NCBI GenBank assembly: GCA_964016885.1
Contig: CAXHJY010000105.1
Coordinates: forward strand, 186,001 to 250,000
DNA: 64,000 nucleotides
Reading direction: 5' to 3'
Source: Eledone cirrhosa
Lineage: Eukaryota
Below the pieces are notes generated by a model. The model ran no database searches. It saw only the letters and a program-made list of their open reading frames with translations, and was not told the origin of the DNA. A program made the position numbers and the translations under genes. Positions within the stretch are counted from its first letter, which is position 1, and each line of letters starts with the position of its first letter. Below are positions 12,931 through 26,000 of this stretch, in pieces.

Positions 12931-15900
12931 TGTGGTGTGTAGATAGTTAGGTTCACTGGTGTGTGTCTGTGTGTGGTGTGTAGATAGTTAGGTTCACCGG
13001 TGTGTGTCTGTGTGTGGTGTGTATATAGTTAGGTTAACTGATGTGTGTCTGTGTGTGGTGTGTAGTTAGTTAGGTTCACTGGTGTGTGTGTGGTGTGTAT
13101 ATAGTTAGGTTCACTGGTGTGTGTCTGTGTGTGGTGTGTATATAGTTAGGTTCACTGGTGTGTGTGTGGTGTGTATATAGTTAGGTTCACTGGTCTGTGT
13201 GTGGTGTGTAGATAGTTAGGTTCACTGGTGTGTGTCTGTGTGTGGTGTGTATATAATTAGGTTCACTGGTGTGTGTGTGGTGTGTATATAGTTAGGTTCA
13301 CTGGTGTGTGTCTGTGTGTGGTGTGTATATAGTTAGGTTCACTGGTGTGTGTGTGGTGTGTATATAGTTAGGTTCACCGGTGTGTGGTGTGTAGATAGTT
13401 AGGTTCACTGGTGTGTGTCTGTGTGTGGTGTGTATATAGTTAGGTTCACAGGTGTGTGTCTGTGTGTGGTGTGTATATAGTTAGGTTCACTGGTGTGTCT
13501 CTGTGTGTGGTGTGTATATAGTTAGGTTCACTGGTGTGTGTCTGTATGGTGTGTAGATAGTTAGATTCACCGGTGTGTGTCTGTGTGGTGTGTAGATAGT
13601 TAGGTTCACTGGTGTGTGTCTGTGTGGTGTGTAGATAGTTATGTTCACTGGTGTGTGTCTGTGTGGTGTGTAGATAGTTAGGTTCACTGGTGTGTGTCTG
13701 TGTGTGGTGTGTAGATAGTTAGGTTCACTGGTGTGTGTCTGTGTGGTGTGTAGATAGTTAGGCTCACTGGTGTGTGTATGTGTGTGGTGTGTATATAGTT
13801 AGGTTCACTGGTGTGTGTCTGTGTGGTGTGTATATAGTTAGGTTCACTGGTGTGTGTCTGTGTGTGGTGTGTATATAGTTAGCTTCACTGGTGTGTGTGT
13901 GGTGTGTATATAGTTAGGTTCACTGGTCTGTGTGTGGTGTGTAGATAGTTAGGTTCACTGGTGTGTGTCTGTGTGTGGTGTGTAGATAGTTAGGTTCACT
14001 GGTGTGTCTGTGTGGTGTGTATATAGTTATGTTCACTGGTGTGTGTCTGTGTGGTGTGTATATAGTTAGGTTCACTGGTGTGTGTCTGTGTGTGGTGTGT
14101 ATATAGTTAGGTTCACTGGTGTGTGTCTGTGTGTGGTGTGTATATAGTTAGGTTCACTGGTGTGTGTCTGTGTGTGGTGTGTAGATAGTTAGGTTCACTA
14201 CTGTGTGTCTGTGTGTGGTGTGTAGATAGTTAGGTTCACTGGTGTGTGTCTGTGTGGTGTGTAGATATTTAGGCTCACTGGTGTGTGTCTGTGTGGTGTG
14301 TATATAGTTAGGTTCACTGGTGTGTGTCTGTGTGTGGTGTGTAGATAGTTAGGTTCACTGGTGTGTGTCTGTGTGTGGTGTGTATATAGTTAGGTTCACT
14401 GGTGTGTGTCTGTGTGTGGTGTGTATATAGTTAGGTTCACTGGTGTGTGTCTGTGTGGTGTGTATATAGTTAGGTTCACTGGTGTGTGTCTGTGTGTGGT
14501 GTGTATATAGTTAGGTTCACTGGTGTGTGTCTGTGTGTGGTGTGTATATAGTTAGGTTCACTGGTGTGTGTCTGTGTGGTGTGTATATAGTTAGGTTCAC
14601 TGGTGTATGGTGTGTAGATAGTTAGGTTCACTGGTGTGTGTCTGTGTGTGGTGTGTAGATAGATAGGTTCACTGGTGTATGACTGTGTGTGGTGTGTAGA
14701 TAGTTAGGCTCACTGGTGTGTGTCTGTGTGTGGTGTGTATATAATTAGGTTCATTGGTGTGTGTGTGGTGTGTATATAGTTAGGTTCACTGCTGTGTGTG
14801 TGGTGTGTATATAGTTAGGTTCACTGGTGTGTGTGTGGTGTGTATATAGTTAGGTTCACTGGTGTGTGTCTGTGTGTGGTGTGTATATAGTTAGGTTCAC
14901 TGGTGTGTGTGTGGTGTGTATATAGTTAGGTTCACTGCTGTGTGGTGTGTAGATAGTTAGGTTCACTGGTGTGTGTCTGTGTGTTGTGTGTATATAGTTA
15001 GGTTCACAGGTGTGTGTCTGTGTGTGGTGTGTATATAGTTAGGTTCACTGGTGGGTCTCTGTGTGTGGTGTGTATATAGTTAGGTTCACTGGTGTGTGTC
15101 TGTATGGTGTGTAGATAGTTAGATTCACCGGTGTGTGTCTGTGTGGTGTGTAGATAGTTAGGTTCACTGGTGTGTGTCTGTGTGGTGTGTAGATAGTAAG
15201 GTTCACTGGTGTGTGTCTGTGTGGTGTGTAGATAGTTAGGTTCACTGGTGTGTGTCTGTGTGTGGTGTGTAGATAGTTAGGTTCACTGGTGTGTGTCTGT
15301 GTGGTGTGTAGATAGTTAGGCTCACTGGTGTGTGTCTGTGTGTGGTGTGTATATAGTTAGGTTCACTGGTGTGTGTCTGTGTGGTGTGTATATAGTTAGG
15401 TTCACTGGTGTGTGTCTGTGTGTGGTGTGTATATAGTTAGGTTCACTGGTGTGTGTCTGTGTGTGGTGTGTATATAGTTAGGTTCACTGGTGTGTGTCTG
15501 TGTGTGGTGTGTAGATAGTTAGGTTCACTGGTGTGTGTCTGTGTGGTGTGTATATAGTTAGGTTCACTGATGTGTGTCTGTGTGTGGTGTGTATATAGTT
15601 AGGTTCACTGGTGAGTGTCTGTGTGGTGTGTAGATAGTTAGGCTCACTGGTGTGTGTCTGTGTGTGGTGTGTATATAGTTAGGTTCACTGGTGTATGTCT
15701 GTGTGTGGTGTGTATATAGTTAGGTTCACTGGTGTGTGTCTGTGTGGTGTGTAGTTAGTTAGGCTCACTGGTGTGTGTCTGTGTGTGGTGTGTATATAGT
15801 TAGGTTCACTGGTGTGTGTCTGTGTGTGGTGTGTAGATAGTTAGGTTCACTGGTGTGTGTCTGTGTGTGGTGTGTAGATAGTTAGGTTCACTGGTGTGTG

Positions 15901-18370
15901 TCTGTGTGTGGTGTGTAGATAGTTAGGTTCACTGGTGTGTGTCTGTGTGTGGTGTGTAGATAGTTAGGTTCACTGGTGTGTGTCTGTGTGGTGTGTAGAT
16001 AGTTAGTCTCACTGGTATGTGTCTGTGTGTGGTGTGTATATAGTTAGGTTCACTGGTGTGTGTCTGTGTGTGGTGTGTAGATAGTTAGGTTCACTACTGT
16101 GTGTGGTGTGTAGATAGTTAGGCTCACTGGTGTGTGTCTGTGTGGTGTGTATATAGTTAGGTTTACTGGTGTGTGTCTGTGTGTGGTGTGTAGATAGTTA
16201 GGTTCACTGGTGTGTGTCTGTGTGTGGTGTGTAGATAGTTAGGTTCACTGGTGTGTGTCTGTGTGTGGTGTGTAGATAGTTAGGTTCACTGGTGTGTGTC
16301 TGTGTGTGGTGTGTATATAGTTAGGTTAACTGATGTGTGTCTGTGTGTGGTGTGTAGTTAGTTAGGTTCACTGGTGTGTGTGTGGTGTGTATATAGTTAG
16401 GTTCACTGGTGTGTGTCTGTGTGTGGTGTGTATATAGTTAGGTTCACTGGTGTGTGTGTGGTGTGTATATAGTTAGGTTCACTGGTCTGTGTGTGGTGTG
16501 TAGATAGTTAGGTTCACTGGTGTGTGTGTGTGTGTGGTGTATAGATAGTTAGGTTCACTGGTGTGTGTCTGTGTGGTGTGTATATAGTTAGGTTCACTGA
16601 TGTGTGTCTGTGTGTGGTGTGTATATAGTTAGGTTCACTGGTGAGTGTCTGTGTGGTGTGTAGATAGTTAGGGTCACTGGTGTGTGTCTGTGTGTGGTGT
16701 GTATATAGTTAGGTTCACTGGTGTGTGTCTGTGTGGTGTGTGGATAGTTAGGCTCACTGGTGTGTGTCTGTGTGGTGTGTATATAGTTAGGTTCACTGGT
16801 GTGTGTCTGTGTGTGGTGTGTATATAGTTAGGTTCACTGGTGTGTGTCTGTGTGTGGTGTGTAGATAGTTAGGTTTACTGGTGTGTGTCTGTGTGTGGTG
16901 TATAGATAGTTAGGTTCACTGGTGTGTGTCTGTGTGTGGTGTGTAGATAGTTAGGTTCACTGGTGTGTGTCTGTGTGTGGTGTGTAGATAGTTAGGTTCA
17001 CTGGTGTGTGTCTGTGTGGTGTGTAGATAGTTAGGCTCACTGGTGTGTGTCTGTGTGTGGTGTGTATATAGTTAGGTTGACTGGTGTGTGTCTGTGTGGT
17101 GTGTATATAGTTAGGTTCACTGGTGTGTGTCTGTGTGTGGTGTGTATATAGTTAGGTTCACTGGTGTGTGTCTGTGTGTGGTGTGTATATAGTTAGGTTC
17201 ACTGGTGTGTGTCTGTGTGAGGTGTGTAGATAGTTAGGTTCACTACTGTGTGTCTGTGTGTGGTGTGTAGATAGTTAGGTTCACTGGTGTGTGTCTGTGT
17301 GGTGTGTAGATATTTAGGCTCACTGGTGTGTGTCTGTGTGGTGTGTAGATAGTTAGGTTCACTGGTGTGTGTCTGTGTGTGGTGTGTAGATAGTTAGGTT
17401 CACTGGTGTGTGTCTGTGTGTGGTGTGTAGATAGTTAGGTTCACTGGTGTGTGTCTGTGTGTGGTGTGTAGATAGTTAGGTTCACCGGTGTGTGTCTGTG
17501 TGTGGTGTGTATATAGTTAGGTTAACTGATGTGTGTCTGTGTGTGGTGTGTAGTTAGTTAGGTTCACTGGTGTGTGTGTGGTGTGTATATAGTTAGGTTC
17601 ACTGGTGTGTGTCTGTGTGTGGTGTGTATATAGTTAGGTTCACTGGTGTGTGTGTGGTGTGTATATAGTTAGGTTCACTGGTCTGTGTGTGGTGTGTAGA
17701 TAGTTAGGTTCACTGGTGTGTGTCTGTGTGTGGTGTGTATATAATTAGGTTCACTGGTGTGTGTGTGGTGTGTATATAGTTAGGTTCACTGGTGTGTGTC
17801 TGTGTGTGGTGTGTATATAGTTAGGTTCACTGGTGTGTGTGTGGTGTGTATATAGTTAGGTTCACTGGTGTGTGGTGTGTAGATAGTTAGGTTCACTGGT
17901 GTGTGTCTGTGTGTGGTGTGTATATAGTTAGGTTCACAGGTGTGTGTCTGTGTGTGGTGTGTATATAGTTAGGTTCACTGGTGTGTCTCTGTGTGTGGTG
18001 TGTATATAGTTAGGTTCACTGGTGTGTGTCTGTATGGTGTGTAGATAGTTAGATTCACCGGTGTGTGTCTGTGTGGTGTGTAGATAGTTAGGTTCACTGG
18101 TGTGTGTCTGTGTGGTGTGTAGATATTTATGTTCACTGGTGTGTGTCTGTGTGGTGTGTAGATAGTTAGGTTCACTGGTGTGTGTCTGTGTGTGGTGTGT
18201 AGATAGTTAGGTTCACTGGTGTGTGTCTGTGTGGTGTGTAGATAGTTAGGCTCACTGGTGTGTGTATGTGTGTGGTGTGTATATAGTTAGGTTCACTGGT
18301 GTGTGTCTGTGTGGTGTGTATATAGTTAGGTTCACTGGTGTGTGTCTGTGTGTGGTGTGTATATAGTTAG
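9543..18370. repeat. Near-identical 4.34-kb block duplication within array A, offset exactly 4488 bp (about 9543-13882 and about 14031-18370)
   Basis: Private variants sit at a constant offset: ATGAC 10191/14679, TGGGTCTCT 10564/15052, TTAGGG 12180/16668, GAGGTG 12731/17219, and ORFs 10557/15045 and 13487/17975. A few single-base differences exist (10304 G vs 14792 C; 12381 A vs 16869 T). Confidence 0.92.
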
Positions 18371-21300
18371 GTTCACTGGTGTGTGTCTGTGTGTGGTGTG
18401 TATATAGTTAGGTTCACTGGTGTGTGTCTGTGTGTGGTGTGTAGATAGTTAGGTTCACTGGTGTGTGTCTATGTGGTGCGTATATAGTTAGGTTCACTGA
18501 TGTGTGTCTGTGTGTGGTGTGTATATAGTTAGGTTCACTGGTGTGTGTCTGTGTGGTGTGTAGATAGTTAGGCTCACTGGTGTGTCTCTGTGTGGTGTGT
18601 ATATAGTTAGGTTCACTGGTGTATGTCTGTGTGGTGTGTATATAGTTAGGTTCACTGGTGTGTGTCTGTGTGGTGTGTAGATAGTTAGGTTCACTGGTGA
18701 GTGTCTGTGTGGTGTGTAGATAGTTAGGCTCACTGGTGTGTGTCTGTGTGTGGTGTGTATATAGTTAGGTTCACTGGTGTATGTCTGTGTGTGGTGTGTA
18801 TATAGTTAGGTTCACTGGTGTGTGTCTGTGTGGCGTGTAGTTAGTTAGGCTCACAGGTGTGTGTCTGTGTGTGGTGTGTATATAGTTAGGTTCACTGGTG
18901 TGTGTCTCTGTGTGGTGTGTAGATAGTTAGGTTCACTGGTGTGTGTCTGTGTGTGGTGTGTAGATAGTTAGGTTCACTGGTGTGTGTCTGTGTGTGGTGT
19001 GTAGATAGTTAGGTTCACTGGTGTGTGTCTGTGTGTGGTGTGTAGATAGTTAGGTTCACTGGTGTGTGTCTGTGTGGTGTGTAGATAGTTAGTCTCACTG
19101 GTGTGTGTCTGTGTGTGGTGTGTAGATAGTTAGGTTCACTACTGTGTGTGGTGTGTAGATAGTTAGGCTCACTGGTGTGTGTCTGTGTGGTGTGTATATA
19201 GTTAGGTTTACTGGTGTGTGTCTGTGTGTGGTGTGTAGATAGTTAGGTTCACTGGTGTGTGTCTGTGTGTGGTGTGTAGATAGTTAGGTTCACTGGTGTG
19301 TGTCTGTGTGTGGTGTGTAGATAGTTAGGTTCACTGGTGTGTGTCTGTGTGTGGTGTGTATATAGTTAGGTTAACTGATGTGTGTCTGTGTGTGGTGTGT
19401 AGTTAGTTAGGTTCACTGGTGTGTGTGTGGTGTGTATATAGTTAGGTTCACTGGTGTGTGTCTGTGTGTGGTGTGTATATAGTTAGGTTCACTGGTGTGT
19501 GTGTGGTGTGTATATAGTTAGGTTCACTGGTCTGTGTGTGGTGTGTAGATAGTTAGGTTCACTGGTGTGTGTCTGTGTGTGGTGTGTAGATAGTTAGGTT
19601 CACTGGTGTGTGTCTGTGTGGTGTGTATATAGTTAGGTTCACTGATGTGTGTCTGTGTGTGGTGTGTATATAGTTAGGTTCACTGGTGAGTCTCTGTGTG
19701 GTGTGTAGATAGTTAGGGTCACTGGTGTGTGTCTGTGTGTGGTGTGTATATAGTTAGGTTCACTGGTGTGTGTCTGTGTGTGGTGTGTAGATAGTTAGGT
19801 TTACTGGTGTGTGTCTGTGTGTGGTGTGTATATAGTTAGGTTAACTGATGTGTGTCTGTGTGTGGTGTGTAGTTAGTTAGGTTCACTGGTGTGTGTGTGG
19901 TGTGTATATAGTTAGGTTCACTGGTGTGTGTCTGTGTGTGGTGTGTATATAGTTAGCTTCACCGGTGTGTGTGTGGTGTGTATATAGTTAGGTTCACTGG
20001 TCTGTGTGTGGTGTGTAGATAGTTAGGTTCACTGGTGTGTGTCTGTGTGTGGTGTGTAGATAGTTAGGTTCACTGGTGTGTCTGTGTGGTGTGTATATAG
20101 TTAGGTTCACTGGTGTGTGTCTGTGTGGTGTGTGGATAGTTAGGCTCACTGGTGTGTGTCTGTGTGGTGTGTATATAGTTAGGTTCACTGGTGTGTGTCT
20201 GTGTGTGGTGTGTATATAGTTAGTTTCACTGGTGTGTGTCTGTGTGTGGTGTGTAGATAGTTAGGTTTACTGGTGTGTGTCTGTGTGTGGTGTATAGATA
20301 GTTAGGTTCACTGGTGTGTGTCTGTGTGTGGTGTGTAGATAGTTAGGTTCACTGGTGTGTGTCTGTGTGGTGTGTAGATAGTTAGTCTCACTGGTGTGTG
20401 TCTGTGTGTGGTGTGTATATAGTTAGGTTCACTGGTGTGTGTCTGTGTGTGGTGTGTAGATAGTTAGGTTCACTGGTGTGTGTCTGTGTGTGGTGTGTAG
20501 ATAGTTAGGTTCACTGGTGTGTGTCTGTGTGTGGTGTGTAGATAGTTAGGTTCACTGGTGTGTGTCTGTGTGTGGTGTGTAGATAGTTAGGTTCACCGGT
20601 GTGTGTGTGTGTATGGTGTGTATATAGTTAGGTTCACTGGTGTGTGTCTGTGTGTGGTGTGTAGATAGTTAGGTTCACTGGTGTGTGGTGTGTAGATAGT
20701 TAGGTTCACTGGTGTGTGTCTGTGTGTGGTATTATATAGTTGGGTTCACTGGTGTGTGTCTGTGTGGTGTGTATATATTTAGGTTCACTGGTGTGTGTCT
20801 GTGTGGTGTGTAGATAGTTAGGTTCACTGGTGTGTGTCTGTGTGGTGTGTAGATTGTTAGGTTCCCTGGTGTGTGTCTGTGTGTGGTGTGTAGATAGTTA
20901 GGTTCACTGGTGTGTGACTGTGTGGTGTGTAGATAGTTAGGCTCACTGGTGTGTGTCTGTGTGTGGTGTGTATATAGTTAGGTTCACTGGTGTGTGTCTG
21001 TGAGGTGTGTATATAGTTTTGGTTGACTGGGGTGTGTCTGTGTGTGGTGTGTATATAGTTAGGTTCACTGGTGTGTGTCTGTGTGTGGTGTGTAGATAGT
21101 TAGGTTCACTACTGTGTGTCTGTGTGTGGTGTGTAGATAGTTAGGTTCACTGGTGTGTGTCTGTGTGGTGTGTAGATATTTAGGCTCACTGGTGTGTGTC
21201 TGTGTGGTGTGTATATAGTTAGGTTCACTGGTGTGTGTCTGTGTGTGGTGTGTAGATAGTTAGGTTCACTGGTGTGTGTCTGTGTGTGGTGTGTAGATAG

Positions 21301-23039
21301 TTAGGTTCACTGGTGTGTGTCTGTGTGTGGTGTGTAGATAGTTAGGTTCACCGGTGTGTGTCTGTGTGTGGTGTGTATATAGTTAGGTTAACTGATGTGT
21401 GTCTGTGTGTGGTGTGTAGTTAGTTAGGTTCACTGGTGTGTGTGTGGTGTGTATATAGTTAGGTTCACTGGTGTGTGTCTGTGTGTGGTGTGTATATAGT
21501 TAGGTTCACTGGTGTGTGTGTGGTGTGTATATAGTTAGGTTCACTGGTCTGTGTGTGGTGTGTAGATAGTTAGGTTCACTGGTGTGTGGTGTGTAGATAG
21601 TTAGGTTCACTGGTGTGTGTCTGTGTGTGGTGTGTATATAGTTAGGTTCACAGGTGTGTCTCTGTGTGTGGTGTGTATATAGTTAGGTTCACTGGTGTGT
21701 CTCTGTGTGTGGTGTGTATATAGTTAGGTTCACTGGTGTGTGTCTGTATGGTGTGTAGATAGTTAGATTCACTGGTGTGTGTCTGTGTGGTGTGTAGATA
21801 GTTAGGTTCACTGGTGTGTGTCTGTGTGGTGTGTAGATAGTTAGGTTCACTGGTGTGTGTCTGTGTGGTGTGTAGATAGTTAGGTTCACTGGTGTGTGTC
21901 TGTGTGTGGTGTGTAGATAGTTAGGTTCACTGGTGTGTGTCTGTGTGGTGTGTAGATAGTTAGGCTCACTGGTGTGTGTCTGTGTGTGGTGTGTATATAG
22001 TTAGGTTCACTGGTGTGTGTCTGTGTGTGGTGTGTATATATTTAGGTTCACTGGTGTGTGTCTGTGTGTGGTGTGTATATAGTTAGGTTCACTGGTGTGT
22101 GTCTGGGTGTGGTGTGTAGATAGTTAGGTTCACTGGTGTGTGTCTGTGTGTGGTGTATAGATAGTTAGGTTCACTGGTGTGTGTCTGTGTGGTGTGTAGA
22201 TAGTTAGGCTCACTGGTGTGTGTCTGTGTGTGGTGTGTAGATAGTTAGGTTCACTGGTGTGTGTCTGTGTGGTGTGTATATAGTTAGGTTCACTGATGTG
22301 TGTCTGTGTGTGGTGTGTATATAGTTAGGTTCACTGGTGAGTGTCTGTGTGTTGTGTAGATAGTTAGGCTCACTGGTGTGTGTCTGTTTGTGGTGTGTAT
22401 ATAGTTAGGTTCACTGGTATGTGTCTGTGTGGTGTGTAGTTAGTTAGGCTCACTGGTGTGTGTCTGTGTGTGGTGTGTATATAGTTAGGTTCACTGGTGT
22501 GTGTCTGTGTGTGGTGTGTAGATAGTTAGGTTCACTGGTGTGTGTCTGTGTGTGGTGTGTAGATAGTTAGGTTCACTGGTGTGTGTCTGTGTGTGGTGTG
22601 TAGATAGTTAGGTTCACTGGTGTGTGTCTGTGTGTGGTGTGTAGATAGTTAGGTTCACTGGTGTGTGTCTGTGTGGTGTGTAGATAGTTAGTCTCACTGG
22701 TGTGTGTCTGTGTGTGGTGTGTATATAGTTAGGTTTACTGGTGTGTGTCTGTGTGTGGTGTGTAGATAGTTAGGTTCACTGGTGTGTGTCTGTGTGTGGT
22801 GTGTAGATAGTTAGGTTCACTGGTGTGTGTCTGTGTGTGGTGTGTAGATAGTTAGGTTCACTGGTGTGTGTTGTGTATATAGTTAGGTTCACTGGTGTGT
22901 GTCTGTGTGTGGTGTGTATATAGTTGGGTTCACTGGTATGTGTCTGTGTGGTGTGTATATAGTTAGGTTCACTGGTGTGTGTCTGTGTGTGGTGTGTAGA
23001 TAGTTATGTTCGCTGGTGTGTGTCTGTGTGTGGTGTGTA

Positions 23040-26000
23040 GATAGTTAGGTTCACTGGTGTGTGTCCATGTGTGTTGTGTATATAGTTAGGTTCACTGGTG
23101 TGTGTCTGTGTGTGGTGTGTATATAGTTAGGTTCACTGGTGTGTATCTGTGTGTGGTGTGTAGATAGTTAGGTTCACTGGTGTGTGTCTGTGTGGTGTGT
23201 ATATAGTTAGGTTCACTGGTGCGTGTCTGTGTGTGGTGTGTATATAGTTAGGTTCACTGGTGTGTGTCTGTGTGTGGTGTGTAGATAGTTAGGTTCACTG
23301 GTGTGTGTCTGTGTGTGGTGTGTAGATAGTTAGGTTCACTGGTGTGTGTCTGTGTCTGGTGTGTAGATAGTTATGTTCACTGGTGTGTGTCTGTGTGGTG
23401 TGTATATAGTTAGGTTCACTGGTGTGTGTCTGTGTGTGGTGTGTAGATAGTTAGGTGTACTGGTGTGTGTCTGTGTGGTGTGTATATAGTTAGGTTCACT
23501 GGTGTGTGTCTGTGTGTGGTGTGTATAAAGTTAGGTTCACTGGTGTGTGTCTGTGTGTGGTGTGTAGATAGTTAGGTTCACTGGTGTGTGTCTGTGTGGT
23601 GTGTATATAGTTAGGTTCACTGGTGTGTATGTGTGGTGTGTATATAGTTAGGTTCACTGGTGTGTGTCTGTGTGTGGTGCGTAGATAGTTAGGTTCACTG
23701 GTGTGTGTCTGTGTGTGGTGTGTATATAGTTATGTTCACTGGTGTGTGTCTGTGTGGTGTGTATATAGTTAGGTTCACTGGTGTGTGTCTGTGTGTGGTG
23801 TGTATATAGTTAGGTTCACTGGTGTGTGTGTGGTGTGTAGATAGTTAGGTTCACTGGTGTGTGTCTGTGTGTGGTGTGTAGATAGTTAGGTTCACTTGTG
23901 TGTGTCTGTGTGTGGTGTGTAGATAGTTATGTTCGCTGGTGTGTGTCTGTGTGTGGTGCGTAGATAGTTAGGTTCACTGGTGTGTGTCTGTGTGTGTTGT
24001 GTATATAGTTAGGTTCACTGGTGTGTGTCTGTGTGTGGTGTGTATATAGTTAGGTTCACTGGTGTGTATCTGTGTGTGGTGTGTAGATAGTTAGGTTCAC
24101 TGGTGTGTGTCTGTGTGGTGTGTATATAGTTAGGTTCACTGGTGTGTGTCTGTGTGTGGTGTGATAGTTAGGTTCACTGGTGTGTGTAGATAGTTAGGTT
24201 CACTGGTGTGTGTCTGTGTGTGGTGTGTATATAGTTAGGTTCACTGGTGTGTGTCTGTGTGTGTTGTGTATATAGTTAGGTTCACTGGTGTGTGTCTGTG
24301 TGTGGTGTGTAGATAGTTAGGTTCACTGGTGTGTGTCTGTGTGTGGTGTGTATATAGTTAGGTTCACTGGTGTGTGTCTGTGTGTGGTGTGTAGATAGTT
24401 AAGTTCACTGGTGTGTGTCTGTGTGTGGTGTGTAGATAGTTAGGTTCACTGGTGTGTGTCTGTGTGTGGTGTGTAGATAGTTAGGTTCACTGGTGTGTGT
24501 CTGTGTGTGGTGTGTATATAGTTAGGTTCACTGGTGTGTGTCTCTGTGTGGTGTGTATATAGTTAGGTTCACTGGTGTGTGTCTGTGTGTGGTGTGTAGA
24601 TAGTTAGGTTCACTGGTGTGTGTCTGTGTGGTGTGTGGATAGTTAGGCTCACTGGTGTGTGTCTGTGTGGTGTGTATATAGTTAGTTTCACTGGTGTGTG
24701 TCTGTGGGTGGTGTGTATATAGTTAGGTTCACTGGTGTGTGTCTGTGTGGTGTGTAGATAGTTAGGTTCACTGGTGTGTGTCTGTGTGTGGTGTGTAGAT
24801 AGTTAGGTTCACTGGTGTGTGTCTGTGTGGTGTGTGGATAGTTAGGCTCACTGGTGTGTGTCGGTGTGGTGTGTATATAGTTAGGTTCACTGGTGTGTGT
24901 CTGTGTGGTGTGTAGATAGTTAGGTTCACTGGTGTGTGTCTGTGTGTGGTGTGTAGATAATTAGGTTCACTGGTGTGTGTCTGTGTGTGGTGTGTATATA
25001 GTTAGGTTCACTGGTGTGTGTGTGTGGTGTGTATATAGATAGGTTCACTGGTGTGTGTCTGTGTGGTGTGTAGATAGTTAGGTTCACTGGTGTGTGTCTG
25101 TGTGTGGTGTGTAGATAGTTAGGTTCACTGGTGTGTGTCTGTGTGTGGTGTGTATATAGTTAGGTTCACTGGTGTGTGTCTGTGTGTGGTGTGTAGATAG
25201 TTAGGTTCACTGGTGTGTGTCTGTGTGTGGTGTATAGATAGTTAGGTTCACTGGTGTGTGTCTGTGTGGTTTGTAGATAGGTAGGCTCACTGATGTTTGT
25301 CTGTGTGTGGTGTGTATATAGTTAGGTTCACTGGTGTGTGTCTGTGTGGTGTGTAAATAGTTAAGTTCACTGGTGTGTGTCTGTGTGTGGTGTGTATATA
25401 GTTAGGTTCACTGGTGTGTGTCTGTGTGGTGTGTGAATAGTTAGGTTCACTGGTGTGTGTCTGTGTGTGGTGTGTATATAGTTAGGTTCACTGGTGTGTA
25501 TCTGTGTGTGGTGTGTAGATAGTTAGGTTCACTGGTGTGTGTCTGTGTGGTGTGTATATAGTTAGGTTCACTGGTGTGTGTCTGTGTGTGGTGTGTAGAT
25601 AGTTAGGTTCACTGGTGTGTGTCTGTGTGTGGTGTGTAGATAATTAGGTTCACTGGTGTGTGGTGTGTAGATAATTAGGTTCACTGGTGTGTGTCTGTGT
25701 GTGGTGTGTATATAGTTAGGTTCACTGGTGTGTGTGTGTGGTGTGTATATAGTTAGGTTCACTGGTGTGTGTCTGTGTGTGGTGTGTATATAGTCAGGTT
25801 CACTTGTGTGTGTCTGTGTGTGGTGTGTAAATAGTTAGGTTCACTGGTGTGTGTCTGTGTGTGTTGTGTATATAGTTAGGTTCACTGGTGTGTGTCTGTG
25901 TGTGGTGTGTATATAGTTAGGTTCACTGGTGTGTATGTGTGTGTGGTGTGTAGATAGTTAGGTTCACTGGTGTGTGTCTGTGTGGTGTGTATATAGTTAG

